Position numbers and translations under genes: made by a program. DNA of 64,000 nt, from the NCBI GenBank assembly GCA_963782915.1, contig CAWALK010000018.1:160001-224000 (forward strand), written 5' to 3'. The notes beneath the pieces are model-generated. The model worked only from the letters and a program-made list of their open reading frames with translations, was not told where the DNA came from and made no database searches. The stretch's first letter is position 1, and each line of letters begins with the position of its first letter. Origin of the DNA: an uncultured archaeon (GTDB lineage: Archaea > Thermoproteota > Bathyarchaeia > Bathyarchaeales > Bathycorpusculaceae). Shown here piece after piece: positions 33,523 through 43,872 of this stretch.

Positions 33523-35304
33523 TTGACAACTCAACAAATCACATGGAACCTAACAGAACTCTTCCCAAGCATAACTTCCCCAAAAATAGAGCAAGCCATC
33601 ACCCAAGCCACAGCGACCGCCGACGAATTTGAACAAAAATACCGCGGCAAAATCGGCACCCTAACCCCACAGGAACTGCTCGGGTGTTTCCATGAAGTTG
33701 AGGCGTTTGAAACAAAATTCAGCGACGTAACCCTCTACTCCAGCTTAACCTTCGCAGCAGACATGACTCAACCCCAAGCGCAGGCACTAAACGACCGCAT
33801 AGACAAACTAAACGCCAAAATCAGCAAACAACTCGCTTTCTACTCACTTGAACTGGGCAAACTCATCAAAACTAAACCCCAATTGATAGACGACCCAACC
33901 TTAGCTAACTATAGGCATATGCTGCAGCGCGTCTACCGCCGAGTTGAACATCAACTAAGCGAAGTCGAAGAACAACTAATCATCGAGAAAGACCAGTTTG
34001 GCGTGAACGCGTGGGAGGAGCTGCAGAGTAAATGGCTCAACACCCGCATGTTCGACGTCACCGTTTTGGGAGAAAAGAAGACGCTTAGCTATGGCGAAGC
34101 AAACGGACTGCTGCCAAACCCCGACCGTGCAACAAGAGAATCGGCGAACCGCTCAATCTATGGCTTACTCGGTAAGGACGGCGAAATTTTCTCCGCTGCT
34201 CTGCGAAGCATATGCAATGACTGGGTAAGTGTCGCCAAGCGCAGAAAATATGGCTCCCCAATGGAATCGAGCCTAATCAGCAACGATACCGAACAAACTA
34301 TAATCGAAAGTTTACTTAAAACAGTCGAGGAAGGCGCAGCAGCTTACAGGCGCTACCTTAAACTTAAGGCTAAACTGATGGATTTGCCTGTGCTGGGAAA
34401 CCATGACATAATCGCGCCCCTGCCTAACATGCCCGAACTCAAATACACTTACAAACAAGCCGAAGAATTCATCACTCAAGCATACGGACACTTCAGCCCA
34501 TCCTACGCCGACCCAGTGAGGGAAATGTTCCAGAAACAACACATCGATGCCTCACCTCGGTTTGGGAAACGCAACGGAGCCTTCTGTGCAAGCCACTACA
34601 ACGGCAAAACCGCCTACATCCTGCAGAGCTTCAACGGCACCCTAAGCGACGTCTTCACGTTGGCTCATGAATTGGGACATGCTACACATGACTATTACAT
34701 GTCAAGGAACCAAACACTGCTAAACACCAATGTTCCATCTGCCGTAGCAGAGACCGCTTCGATTTTCGGCGAACTCTTACTCACCGATATGATGCTTGGG
34801 GGAACCAAATCAGATGCGGAACAAAAAGCGTTGCTCTGCTTGATTCTAGATGAAGCAGGCATGACTACATTCCAGGTTACTGCACGGGTATGGTTTGAGC
34901 AAGCACTCTACCGCTCCATCGAGCAAGGGGAATTCCTCGATTACAGGACCATCTGCAGCCACTGGACCAAAGCACGCGACCGCATCTACGGCGACGCCGT
35001 CAGTTGGTTTCCCGAAATGGAAGCAGAATGGACCATGAAACCCCACTACTTTATGGCAAACTACCGCTTCTACAATTACCCCTACGTTTACGCTCAAATG
35101 TTCGTCTACAGCCTATACGAGAGGTATCTTGAAGAGGGCAAAGCGTTTGTGCCTAAACTAGTCGGTTTACTTTCTGCAGGCAGCAGCAAATCACCGCTAG
35201 AACTTGGCAGAACAGTAGGCTTGGATGTGGCAGACCCGAGCTTCTGGAGAGGCGGCATAAAGGTTTTTGAACGTTTCATCGCTGACTTAGAAAAAGTAGT
35301 TTAA
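33523..35304 (+). CDS. pepF: M3 family oligoendopeptidase F
   Basis: WNLTELF, GKRNGAFC, TLAHELGH, AETASIFGE and FYNYPY motifs. Confidence 0.93.
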   Translation: MTTQQITWNLTELFPSITSPKIEQAITQATATADEFEQKYRGKIGTLTPQELLGCFHEVEAFETKFSDVTLYSSLTFAADMTQPQAQALNDRIDKLNAKISKQLAFYSLELGKLIKTKPQLIDDPTLANYRHMLQRVYRRVEHQLSEVEEQLIIEKDQFGVNAWEELQSKWLNTRMFDVTVLGEKKTLSYGEANGLLPNPDRATRESANRSIYGLLGKDGEIFSAALRSICNDWVSVAKRRKYGSPMESSLISNDTEQTIIESLLKTVEEGAAAYRRYLKLKAKLMDLPVLGNHDIIAPLPNMPELKYTYKQAEEFITQAYGHFSPSYADPVREMFQKQHIDASPRFGKRNGAFCASHYNGKTAYILQSFNGTLSDVFTLAHELGHATHDYYMSRNQTLLNTNVPSAVAETASIFGELLLTDMMLGGTKSDAEQKALLCLILDEAGMTTFQVTARVWFEQALYRSIEQGEFLDYRTICSHWTKARDRIYGDAVSWFPEMEAEWTMKPHYFMANYRFYNYPYVYAQMFVYSLYERYLEEGKAFVPKLVGLLSAGSSKSPLELGRTVGLDVADPSFWRGGIKVFERFIADLEKVV

Positions 35305-35427
35305 TCAACCCCTCTATTCTTGTTCGAAATGCTAGGTAGTCTAGCTTCATAACCTTTTATTCTCGCCCAAACGGTAACAAATAAGCCCAAATCCGAAGGC
35401 AAAAAAAGCTATCGAGGAACAACAGCA

Positions 35428-35760
35428 ATGGACACAAGGATTGGAGAAAAGAAAACTTTCGACGAAAGTCTAATTGAATCCATCGACGAAGTCTTAACAG
35501 CCATAGGCAACTCAATCAAACACAAGATTTACCTTCATTTGAAAAACGACTGCGGAATCAGCAAAAACCAGATTCCCAATCGAATTCAGGATTTTATGAA
35601 TGTTTTGCAGGTCATCTTGGGGGTTGGCGCCAGACACATCGAGCTCCAATTGATCAAACAAATCCAAGTAAAAACAGGAATTTCCTGTCCGTTTTCCCCT
35701 CAAACAGGTACACTGCAGGAATGTGCAGTTTTCATAAGGCAAAAGCAAGAGAGAGTGTAG
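35428..35760 (+). CDS. DUF3227/NitrOD5-like small protein
   Basis: ESIDEVL..IG..IYLHL..I.K.QIP..F..L..ILG.GA..IE pattern typical of TACK archaea. Confidence 0.65.
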   Translation: MDTRIGEKKTFDESLIESIDEVLTAIGNSIKHKIYLHLKNDCGISKNQIPNRIQDFMNVLQVILGVGARHIELQLIKQIQVKTGISCPFSPQTGTLQECAVFIRQKQERV

Positions 35761-35998
35761 TTGAAAGTATCTGTAATGCCTTAAACAGCCGAATTATTTT
35801 ATGCTTTTAATAATCGTGTGAAACCCAGGTTCAAGGGGGTTTTTGGCTCAATTATTCAGGTTCGTAATCCGTAACTCAACGGCTAGTAATAGTGTTTCTC
35901 AATCGTACACTGTACTGCAGAATACTTTTATCACCGCCTCAAGCTAGACGATAACATAACTAAGCAACCAAGCAAGCAACACTCAGGGGAAAACGCAG

Positions 35999-36328
35999 AT
36001 GAGAGCAAACCGCAACGATGATTTGATGGCAAGGACAATCAAAACTTTTTCAGACGTCCTAATTCTGAAGTACCTAAAAACCAATCCGTTGAGCAGCGGC
36101 TACGAGATACTTGTGAGGTTTCATGAAAAATTCGAAATTAATTTTAGCCCAGGAACAATCTACCATGCACTCTATTTGCTTGAAAGAAAAAAAGCAATTA
36201 CAAGTCAAGGCGATGAAAGGAGCAGAATGTATAGCTTAACGGATGAAGGAGAAAAAATACTAGCCGCCATACTGCTATCTCGCGAACAAATCCGTCAATT
36301 GGTAGACAGTATATTCTCAGAAAACTAA
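35999..36328 (+). CDS. PadR family transcriptional regulator
   Basis: SGYEI..SPGTIY..L..LE..YSLTDEG. Confidence 0.88.
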   Translation: MRANRNDDLMARTIKTFSDVLILKYLKTNPLSSGYEILVRFHEKFEINFSPGTIYHALYLLERKKAITSQGDERSRMYSLTDEGEKILAAILLSREQIRQLVDSIFSEN

Positions 36329-36475
36329 GATACTTGCTTCTCAAGCCAGCCCTGTGGGGCTCAGCGTTTGAATGCCTCAATTATAGTTGGTTTATTGCAG
36401 TCACATACGTTTATGAACCGTGATCAGGCTAGTACGTTGGCTTTCTTTTTTCCGTAATTTAGGAGGTGACCAATT

Positions 36476-36616
36476 TTGGAGGAATCTAAAAAGAAAATTC
36501 CAGCACCAGAAATGACCTCAGACGGCAAATTCAGATGCAAAGCAGACAGGCAAGAATACGACAACAGAGAAGACTACGAATCCCACTGCATGGAAGAACA
36601 CCCAGGCGGAATGTAG
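36476..36616 (+). CDS. 46-aa variant C2H2-like zinc-finger microprotein (not in the ORF track)
   Basis: AGGAGGTGA SD then TTG; reads MEESKKKIPAPEMTSDGKFRCKADRQEYDNREDYESHCMEEHPGGM. Confidence 0.7.
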   Translation: MEESKKKIPAPEMTSDGKFRCKADRQEYDNREDYESHCMEEHPGGM

Positions 36617-36656
36617 AGGTACTAAAAAATTTTTGTTTGGGCTAAAAAAAGCCCAG

Positions 36657-37157
36657 TTACTGTTTCTCTTCTTTTTCTTGGAAGAGCTTCTTAATCGCGC
36701 TTATTCTTGCTTTCTGAGCCAGTACATCGCTTGTGACGACTGTTAAGGCTTCTTCGGGGCACCATTTGACACATTGGGGGCCTTCAGCTTTGTCCTTGCA
36801 TAAGTCGCAGACGTAGACAACTTTGGTTTCTGGATGCAGCATCATAGCGCCGTAGTCGCATGCTTCGATGCACCAGCCGCAGCCGTTGCATTTGTCTTTG
36901 TCTAAGACGATGTTGCCTGTATCTTCGGCTTGGCTTAGTGCATTACGTGGGCATGCTGCAACACAGGCTGGGTCTTCGCAGAGTCTGCAGGTAACAGCCA
37001 TGTTGGCAAGTTGGTTAACGCGGACTAAGCGTATGCGTGATTTTAGTGGGTTGAATGCTTTTTCTTTGTTGTATGAGCAGGCATATTCGCAGATTTGGCA
37101 GCCGACGCATTTCTCTGGGTCAGCGGAAATGAATTTTCTTTGGTGAATCTTTACCAT
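36657..37157 (-). CDS. 4Fe-4S dicluster electron-transfer subunit (AOR partner), copy 1
   Basis: Four Cys clusters: CVGCQIC, CRLC..CP, CNGCGWC, CDLC..CP. Confidence 0.92.
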   Translation of the reverse strand: MVKIHQRKFISADPEKCVGCQICEYACSYNKEKAFNPLKSRIRLVRVNQLANMAVTCRLCEDPACVAACPRNALSQAEDTGNIVLDKDKCNGCGWCIEACDYGAMMLHPETKVVYVCDLCKDKAEGPQCVKWCPEEALTVVTSDVLAQKARISAIKKLFQEKEEKQ

Positions 37158-37161
37158 TATT

Positions 37162-39018
37162 TTATGCCTCCTTTCCTTCAACTATATTTTTGAATTCAGC
37201 TAAACCTAACTCTTGGAGTTTAGAGGCGGATGGTATACCTTCAACAGTCCAACCACGCGCTTGATAGTAATCATCCAAAAGAAGGTCAAGCTCGTCTTGT
37301 GTTACTACGGCGCCTTTTGCAGGTCCATCGTCAGTGATGGGTTGATTCATAACTTTCCATGGAAGCGTATCATCGTTTCGGCCTAAGCCTTCGCGTACGT
37401 TGATTAGTTTTGCAAGTGTGCTTATGCGTTCAGCTGCAACTTCGAGTTCTTGAGGTGTCATTTCGAGGCCAGTGACTGCGCTATAGAGTTTTGCCATCTC
37501 AGCGAATTCCTTGTAGAAAGTGCCTTTTGCGTTCTTGCATACGATGAGTGAATCGATTACTGCGAGGATGTTTTCGTTGTCTTTAACGAGTGGGCCTCTG
37601 CCTCTTTCTGCTTTCATGCGGTCTACTTTGCCTTTGATGTCTAAAGCGTATACTCCGCTTCGGCTGTGATCTGCGCCTCTGAAAGAGACTGCTGCGCCGA
37701 GTGCTGCTGTTTTTAGGCAACGTAAATCGTAGCCTGTTACTTCTAAGCCTTTGATTTGCTGGGCGAGTTGGGCTGAGTTTTTGCCGATTTTTTCTGCAGC
37801 AACTTTAACGCCGTCTGCTAAAAGTTCGCCGATACCTTCGCGTTTGCCGATTTTCTCTACAAGCTGAACTACTGCGTCTCCGTTGCCAAAGTGGGCATCG
37901 ATTCCGCCAAGTTCTTCATGAGATAAGATGCCTTTTTCGTGGCAATCCATCAAGAAGCTAATGGCAACGCCAGTGCTCTGTGCATCTAAACCATAGTAGG
38001 TGCAGAGTTCAGCGGCTTTGATTATTGCGTCTAGTTTGTCTACGCCGCAGTTGGGACCAAGCGCCCAGAGGTTGTCGTATTCCATGCGTGCTAATGCGCC
38101 TTTGTATGGTCCTTCGCGTACGATTGCTTCGTGTTCACATCGCATAGCGCAGCTGTTGCAGGCTATGATTTTGGCGATGTAGCGTTCGTTTAGTTCTTCA
38201 GCGTTAATGTTTTCTGCTTTGTCAAAGTGGCTGCTGGCGTAGTTGCGTGTGGGCATGCAGTAGAGGTCATTTGTAATTTTGAGGTTCTCGGTTGTGCCAA
38301 GGGTGCGGTACCTTTGTGCTGCTGGGCCTTTCATGCGTTCATGGAATTCTTTAACCATATCCATGAATTCTTCATTTTTGGCTACGGTTATGTCGCGTGT
38401 TCCTCGGACTGCGATGGCTTTGAGGTTTTTGCTGCCCATAACTGCGCCTAAGCCTGTTCTGCCTGCAGCGCGGGTTTTCTCGTTAATAATGTTGGCGATT
38501 TTGGATTGTTTTTCGCCTGCTAAACCGATTGCTGCTACGCGTACGTAGTAGTCGCCGATTTCGTCTTTTATGGCGTCTTCGGTTTCGCCAGGTGATTTGC
38601 CCCATAGGTTTGAGGCGTCCATAACTTGGATTGCTTCATCATCTATCCAGATGTAGACTGGTTTTTCTGCTTTGCCAGTGAAGACTATTGCGTCGTAGCC
38701 TGCACGTTTTAGTTCTGCTCCGAATGTGCCGTGGCTTACTGCTTCACCGACGCCGCCAGTAGCAGGGGATTTAGTAATAAAGGCGTGTCCGTTGCCGCCG
38801 GTTGGGAACATCGTTCCTGAAACTGGCCCAAGGGATAGTACAAGTGGGTTTTCTGGGCTAAGCGGGTTTACACCTGCTTTTGAGTTAGATAACCAGAGTT
38901 TCATGCCTAAACCGATTCCGCCGACGTATTTCTTGGCGGTTTCTTCGGTGAGTTTTTCTGTGCGGGTTTTGCCGTTGGTCAGATCAACATATAATATTGT
39001 TCCTGCGTAACCGAGCAA
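37162..39018 (-). CDS. aor: Tungsten aldehyde:ferredoxin oxidoreductase family protein, copy 1
   Basis: KSPATG, AGRTGLGAVMGSKNLKAI, CxxCxxxC, EYD, DSLIVC and YYQARGW. Confidence 0.93.
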   Translation of the reverse strand: MLGYAGTILYVDLTNGKTRTEKLTEETAKKYVGGIGLGMKLWLSNSKAGVNPLSPENPLVLSLGPVSGTMFPTGGNGHAFITKSPATGGVGEAVSHGTFGAELKRAGYDAIVFTGKAEKPVYIWIDDEAIQVMDASNLWGKSPGETEDAIKDEIGDYYVRVAAIGLAGEKQSKIANIINEKTRAAGRTGLGAVMGSKNLKAIAVRGTRDITVAKNEEFMDMVKEFHERMKGPAAQRYRTLGTTENLKITNDLYCMPTRNYASSHFDKAENINAEELNERYIAKIIACNSCAMRCEHEAIVREGPYKGALARMEYDNLWALGPNCGVDKLDAIIKAAELCTYYGLDAQSTGVAISFLMDCHEKGILSHEELGGIDAHFGNGDAVVQLVEKIGKREGIGELLADGVKVAAEKIGKNSAQLAQQIKGLEVTGYDLRCLKTAALGAAVSFRGADHSRSGVYALDIKGKVDRMKAERGRGPLVKDNENILAVIDSLIVCKNAKGTFYKEFAEMAKLYSAVTGLEMTPQELEVAAERISTLAKLINVREGLGRNDDTLPWKVMNQPITDDGPAKGAVVTQDELDLLLDDYYQARGWTVEGIPSASKLQELGLAEFKNIVEGKEA

Positions 39019-39057
39019 CCTTGTCCCTCCAAGAGGTTAGGAGTACCTATTTCCTTT

Positions 39058-39101
39058 GAAAACTATATTAATCTAGTGGGTTCTCTGCATAAAAATTCAC
39101 G
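39058..39101 (-). promoter_or_regulatory. Promoter region of AOR operon 1, conserved with that of operon 2
   Basis: GAAAACTATATTAATCTAGTGGGTTCTCTGCATAAAAATTCACG aligns with 41644-41686. Confidence 0.55.
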
Positions 39102-39245
39102 GATTACCCATGTTTTCGGTTTGGCTAAGGCACTAGTTCGTCAATAAAAATGGCGCTAAACGGAAAATCGTTTGATTCATTTGCAAAAAGAAACATTATG
39201 AAATAGAGCAGGAAAGTCTTGGCGGCTTAGCCAAGATTTGATTGC

Positions 39246-39749
39246 TTATTTCTCGTTGTCTTCGTGGGTTTGGAAGAGTTTCCTGATTGCGTTAAGCCTT
39301 GCCTTCTGCGCCAACACATCGCTTGTAACAACTGTTAGGGCTTCTTCGGGGCACCATTTGACGCATTCGGGGCCTTCCGGTTTGAATTGGCACAGGTCAC
39401 AGACGTAAACGGTTTTGGTTTCGGGATGCATCATTATGGCGCCGTAGTCGCAGGCTTCTATGCACCAGCCGCAGCCGTTGCATTGGTCTTTATCGATGAT
39501 GATGTTGCCTGATTCTTGTGACTGTGAAAGTGCGTCTCTTGGGCATGCAGCGACACATGCGGGGTCTTGGCATTTTCTGCAAGTGACCGCTATGTTTCTG
39601 ACTTGGCCGCTTCTGACAACGCGGATGCGTGATTTGACTGCGTTGAAGACTTTTTCGTGACTAAAGGAGCATGCGTATTCGCAAACTTGGCAGCCGACAC
39701 ATTTGTCTGCATCAGCGGAAATGAATTTTCGGTCGTGAAGTGAAACCAA
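39246..39749 (-). CDS. 4Fe-4S dicluster subunit, copy 2
   Basis: Close paralog of 36657-37157. Confidence 0.92.
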   Translation of the reverse strand: MVSLHDRKFISADADKCVGCQVCEYACSFSHEKVFNAVKSRIRVVRSGQVRNIAVTCRKCQDPACVAACPRDALSQSQESGNIIIDKDQCNGCGWCIEACDYGAIMMHPETKTVYVCDLCQFKPEGPECVKWCPEEALTVVTSDVLAQKARLNAIRKLFQTHEDNEK

Positions 39750-39752
39750 TTT

Positions 39753-41618
39753 TTAGTCCTCCTTCAAATCAAGAGCATATTTTTCTAAGCCTAACTCTTT
39801 GAGTTTAGCTTTGGTAGGAACCCCTTTGTTAGTCCAGCCGCGTGCTTGATAGTAATCATCCAGCATCAGGTCGAGTTCTTCTTTGGTTACAACTGCACCT
39901 TTTGCTGCGCCATCGTCGGGGATGGGGTGATTCATTATTTTCCAGGGTAGGCTGTCGTCTTTGCGAGTTAAACCTTCGCGGGCGTTGATTAATTTGGCGA
40001 TTGTTTGGATTCTTTCGCCTGCTTCACGCATTTCTTGAGGTGTAACTTCAAAGCCGGTGACAACGCTGTAGATTTTTGCGAGGTCAACGAATTCTTCGTC
40101 AAATGTGCCTTTAGCGTTCTTGCAGACAATAAGTGAATCGATGACGTTGTACATGTCCTCGTGGTCTTTGACGAGTTTACCGCGGCCTTTTTCAGCTTTT
40201 AGGCGGTCAACAGTGCCTTTGATGTCTAATGCGTATACTCCGCTTCGGCTGTGATCTGCGCCTCTGAAGGAAACTGCCGCGCCTAAAGCGGTGGTTTTGA
40301 GGCATCTTAGGTCGTAGCCTGTGAGTTCTAAGCCTTTAATTTGGTTGGCGAGTTGAGAGGAGTTTTTGCCGATTTTTTCTGATGCTGCTTTAACGCCGTC
40401 TGCTAAAAGTTCGCCTATGCCTTCGCGTTTGCCCATCTTTTCGATGAGGTTGACGACGGCGTTTGCGTTGCCGAAGTGGGCGTCTACTCCGCCGAGTTCT
40501 TCGTGAGTTAGAATGCCTTTTTCGTGGCAGTCCATGAGAAAGCTGATGGTTACGCCTGCACTTGTTGCGTCGAGGCCATAGTAGTTGCAGCGTTCAGAAG
40601 CTTTTATGATAAAGTTGAGTTGGTCAACGCCGCAGTTGGGGCCCAATGCCCAGAGGTTGTCGTATTCCATGCGTGCCATGGTTCCTGTGTAGGAGCCTTC
40701 TTTGATTATGGCTTCGTGTTCACAGCGCATGGCGCAGCTGTTGCATGCGATGATTTTTGAGATGAAATGTTCGTTTAGGACTTCGGCGCTGATTTTTTCT
40801 GCGTTGAGGTAATGTGAGGCGTCAAAGTTGTTGGTTGGCAAGCAGGATAATTCGTTGTTTATCATTAAATTCTGTACTGTGCCAAGGGTGCGGTGTTTCT
40901 GTGCAGCGGGACCCTTCATGCGTTCATGGAAGTCTTCCACTAACTCCATAAATTCTGCGGGTTTTGCGACTGCAACATCGCATGTTCCTCGGACTGCGAT
41001 TGCTTTGAGGTTTTTACTGCCCATAACAGCGCCAAGTCCGGTTCTTCCGGCTGCGCGGGTTTTATCGTTAACTATACTTGCGATTTTGGATTGTTTCTCG
41101 CCAGCTAAACCGATAGAGGCAACGCGGATGTAGTAGTCGCCGATTTCGTCTCTGATGGCGTCTTCGGTTTCGCCCGGAGATTTACCCCAAACGTGACTGG
41201 CATCTTTGAGTTGGACAGTGTCATCGTCTATCCAGAGGTAAACCGGTTTTTTAGATTTACCAGTAATAATAACTGCGTCGTATCCGGCGCGTTTTAGTTC
41301 AGTGCCAAAGGTGCCGTGGCTAACTGCTTCGCCGACGCCGCCTGTGGCAGGTGATTTAGAAATGAAGGCATGACCGTTACCGCCTGATGGAAACATCGTT
41401 CCCGCGAGAGGTCCCAATGCGAGAACAAGCGGATTTTCTGGGCTAAATGGAGCTACATTTGCTTTAGAGTTAGTCAGCCAGAAATGCATACCTAAACCTA
41501 TGCCGCCGAGGGTTTTCTTTGCGGTTTCCTGCGTTAGTTTCTCGGTGCGTGTTTTGCCGGTGGTTAAATCGATATACAAGACTCTTCCTGCGTAGCCGAA
41601 CAAACGTTCAATCTCCAA
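39753..41618 (-). CDS. aor: Tungsten aldehyde:ferredoxin oxidoreductase family protein, copy 2
   Basis: Close paralog of 37162-39018 with the same motifs. Confidence 0.93.
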   Translation of the reverse strand: MEIERLFGYAGRVLYIDLTTGKTRTEKLTQETAKKTLGGIGLGMHFWLTNSKANVAPFSPENPLVLALGPLAGTMFPSGGNGHAFISKSPATGGVGEAVSHGTFGTELKRAGYDAVIITGKSKKPVYLWIDDDTVQLKDASHVWGKSPGETEDAIRDEIGDYYIRVASIGLAGEKQSKIASIVNDKTRAAGRTGLGAVMGSKNLKAIAVRGTCDVAVAKPAEFMELVEDFHERMKGPAAQKHRTLGTVQNLMINNELSCLPTNNFDASHYLNAEKISAEVLNEHFISKIIACNSCAMRCEHEAIIKEGSYTGTMARMEYDNLWALGPNCGVDQLNFIIKASERCNYYGLDATSAGVTISFLMDCHEKGILTHEELGGVDAHFGNANAVVNLIEKMGKREGIGELLADGVKAASEKIGKNSSQLANQIKGLELTGYDLRCLKTTALGAAVSFRGADHSRSGVYALDIKGTVDRLKAEKGRGKLVKDHEDMYNVIDSLIVCKNAKGTFDEEFVDLAKIYSVVTGFEVTPQEMREAGERIQTIAKLINAREGLTRKDDSLPWKIMNHPIPDDGAAKGAVVTKEELDLMLDDYYQARGWTNKGVPTKAKLKELGLEKYALDLKED

Positions 41619-41643
41619 GAGTTTAGAAGTATGGAACCAATTG

Positions 41644-41686
41644 GAAAGTATAAAAAGCTAATGGGTTCTATCGATAAAATTTCATG
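41644..41686 (-). promoter_or_regulatory. Promoter region of AOR operon 2, conserved with that of operon 1
   Basis: GAAAGTATAAAAAGCTAATGGGTTCTATCGATAAAATTTCATG. Confidence 0.55.
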
Positions 41687-41833
41687 ACCTTACATGCATT
41701 TGCTATGAATAGCTGAAACTTTTTATGGTTGCTTATACGGTTCAGTTTGTGTGTTTGGTCACCAATTTTTTAAGGGAAGAAAAGCAAAGACTTTAACCAA
41801 CCTTATAACTCTTCCCATCTGCAGGCGAACGCT

Positions 41834-42893
41834 ATGTTGATACGAACCGAAAAACTCAGAGAAGCCGCAGCTAAAGACAATAAACCAGGAACCTTTGCAG
41901 TCTTTAACCAAGCAAACATAACCTACTTCACCAATTTCTCAGGAGCAACAGCGCTACTAATCCCCGAGCAGGGAGAGGGCATACTTTTTGTGTCAGGCAC
42001 TAACTATCAGCAAGCAAAAACAGAAGTTCAAGGTTTCGATGTGCAGCTTCTAAAACGGGGCGAGAGCATGATGGAGAAAATCGCATCACATGCCCAAAAG
42101 GGAAAACTCTCCGTTGACAGCTTACCCATTGAGAGTTGGCGAGTACTTGCTAGAGCAGTTAGGCGGCGAAGAAAAACTGGAGCCAGCAAACTATTTGATT
42201 CGTCAACTGCGTGAAGTAAAGGATGAGGGGGAAATCAAGCTTATTCGTGAAGCCTGCAGAATGGCTGACGAGGGCATGAAAGCCGCAGCCCAAACCATAG
42301 CGGTGGGCGTAAAGGAGAAGGAAGTTGCGGCGGAAGCAGAGTATGCCATGCGTAAAGCAGGCTCAGATGGGGTTGCTTTTGAAACCATCGTGTCCTCGGG
42401 TGTTTGCTGTGCTTTTCCTCATGGAACCCTCATGGAAAAAACAATCCAAGACGGCGATTTTATAACTGTGGATTTAGGTGCAACCTATCGATTCTACAAG
42501 TCAGATATAACAAGGACTTTCATCGCTGGCAAATCCACTGAGAAACAGAAAGTCATCTATGAAGCGGTGCGGTTGGCGCATCAGAGGGCATTTGAAAAAA
42601 TAGCGCCCAATGTTTTAGCGAGTAAGGTGGATTTTGCGGGATGGCGTGTTATCGATAAAGCTGGGTTTGGCGACTATTTTGTGCATAACTTGGGTCATGG
42701 TGTTGGTGTAGAGATTCATGAAGCACCCGTTTTGGGTCCTGAAAGCAGAGACATACTCCAAGCCGGCAATGTGGTAACCGATGAACCAGGAATCTACATC
42801 CCCGAATACGGCGGCGTTCGCATCGAAGACACAGTTTTAGTTACAGGGAAAGGCGCAGAAAAACTAACCACCTCACCAATCATGGTACCATAA
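41834..42893 (+). CDS. pepQ: Xaa-Pro aminopeptidase/prolidase, M24B (frameshift near 42160)
   Basis: Creatinase-like N-domain; PHG, VDLGA..Y-SDITRT, HNLGHGVG-EIHE, EPGIY and GVRIED. Confidence 0.9.
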
Positions 42894-42921
42894 CGCAGAA
42901 AAGGCTCCCGCCACTAATTTT

Positions 42922-43506
42922 ATGGTGGAGCAGATTCTTTTGATTAGTAATCCAGCAGTCATCCTCATCGATGTACAGAACGATTTTTTCTCAGGGGTCC
43001 TAAAAATTAAGAGAGCCACAAACATAATTGAGCCCCTGCAGCGGCTTGTTGTTGCGGCACGGAAGAATCAAGTGCCAGTGATCTATAGCATCGACGCCCA
43101 CTACCCGCAAGATGTTGAGATTACTCGGAAATGGGGCAGCCACGCCATCAAAGGCACAGAAGGAGCAGAAGTTATCCCCGAATTAGCCCCAGACAAAACC
43201 CTCGACTACATTGTGGAGAAGCGTACTTACAGTGGCTTCTACGAGACAGGCTTGGAGCCCCTGTTGCGTAGCCTCTACAAGGGCGACGGCGTAAAAACCG
43301 TGATTTTAGGGGGCTTACATACCAACATGTGCATACGCCACACTTCAGCGGACGCGTTTTTCCGCGGTTACCACATTGTAATCCCCGAGGATGGCGTTGA
43401 AGCCTTCAATGAAGAGGATCACAGGCAGGGTTTGAAGTATCTTGATTATGTTTATAATGCTAAGGTTATGTTGACGAATGATATTATTCGGGAAATCGTA
43501 AAATAA
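42922..43506 (+). CDS. Isochorismatase/nicotinamidase-family cysteine hydrolase
   Basis: IDVQNDF, D-H, WG-HA, EKRTYSGF and TNMC. Confidence 0.92.
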   Translation: MVEQILLISNPAVILIDVQNDFFSGVLKIKRATNIIEPLQRLVVAARKNQVPVIYSIDAHYPQDVEITRKWGSHAIKGTEGAEVIPELAPDKTLDYIVEKRTYSGFYETGLEPLLRSLYKGDGVKTVILGGLHTNMCIRHTSADAFFRGYHIVIPEDGVEAFNEEDHRQGLKYLDYVYNAKVMLTNDIIREIVK

Positions 43507-43525
43507 TAAAAAGATGCTCACGAGT

Positions 43526-43729
43526 TCAAAACTTTTTGTTGCATTTAGTAATCGCTGACCCTATCAGCACCCCCAACGCTACCGCTACCGAAGCTATGGC
43601 GAAGGTTTCATGATGCAAATCGCCTATTTGGAACCATAACCCAAACGTAACTTTCTGTTGGAACAAAATCAGAAACGCAATAACAACAAAAACCGCGGCA
43701 ATTAGCACCGCTACCCAACGATTACTCAA
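43526..43729 (-). CDS. Small two-TM membrane protein
   Basis: Two hydrophobic segments flanking WFQ..DLHHE. Confidence 0.65.
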   Translation of the reverse strand: MSNRWVAVLIAAVFVVIAFLILFQQKVTFGLWFQIGDLHHETFAIASVAVALGVLIGSAITKCNKKF

Positions 43730-43872
43730 AAAAGCACCACTAAATAGGTATCCAATGGAGGGTTTAAATTTACTTACAACTTGGCGCTACCTGTTCTCTG
43801 CGAGAACGGTTTTGTTCCGTAGGGAGCATTATATCAAGCCTTCACTGCATAGTTGAGCGGTGAAAAACCGAA

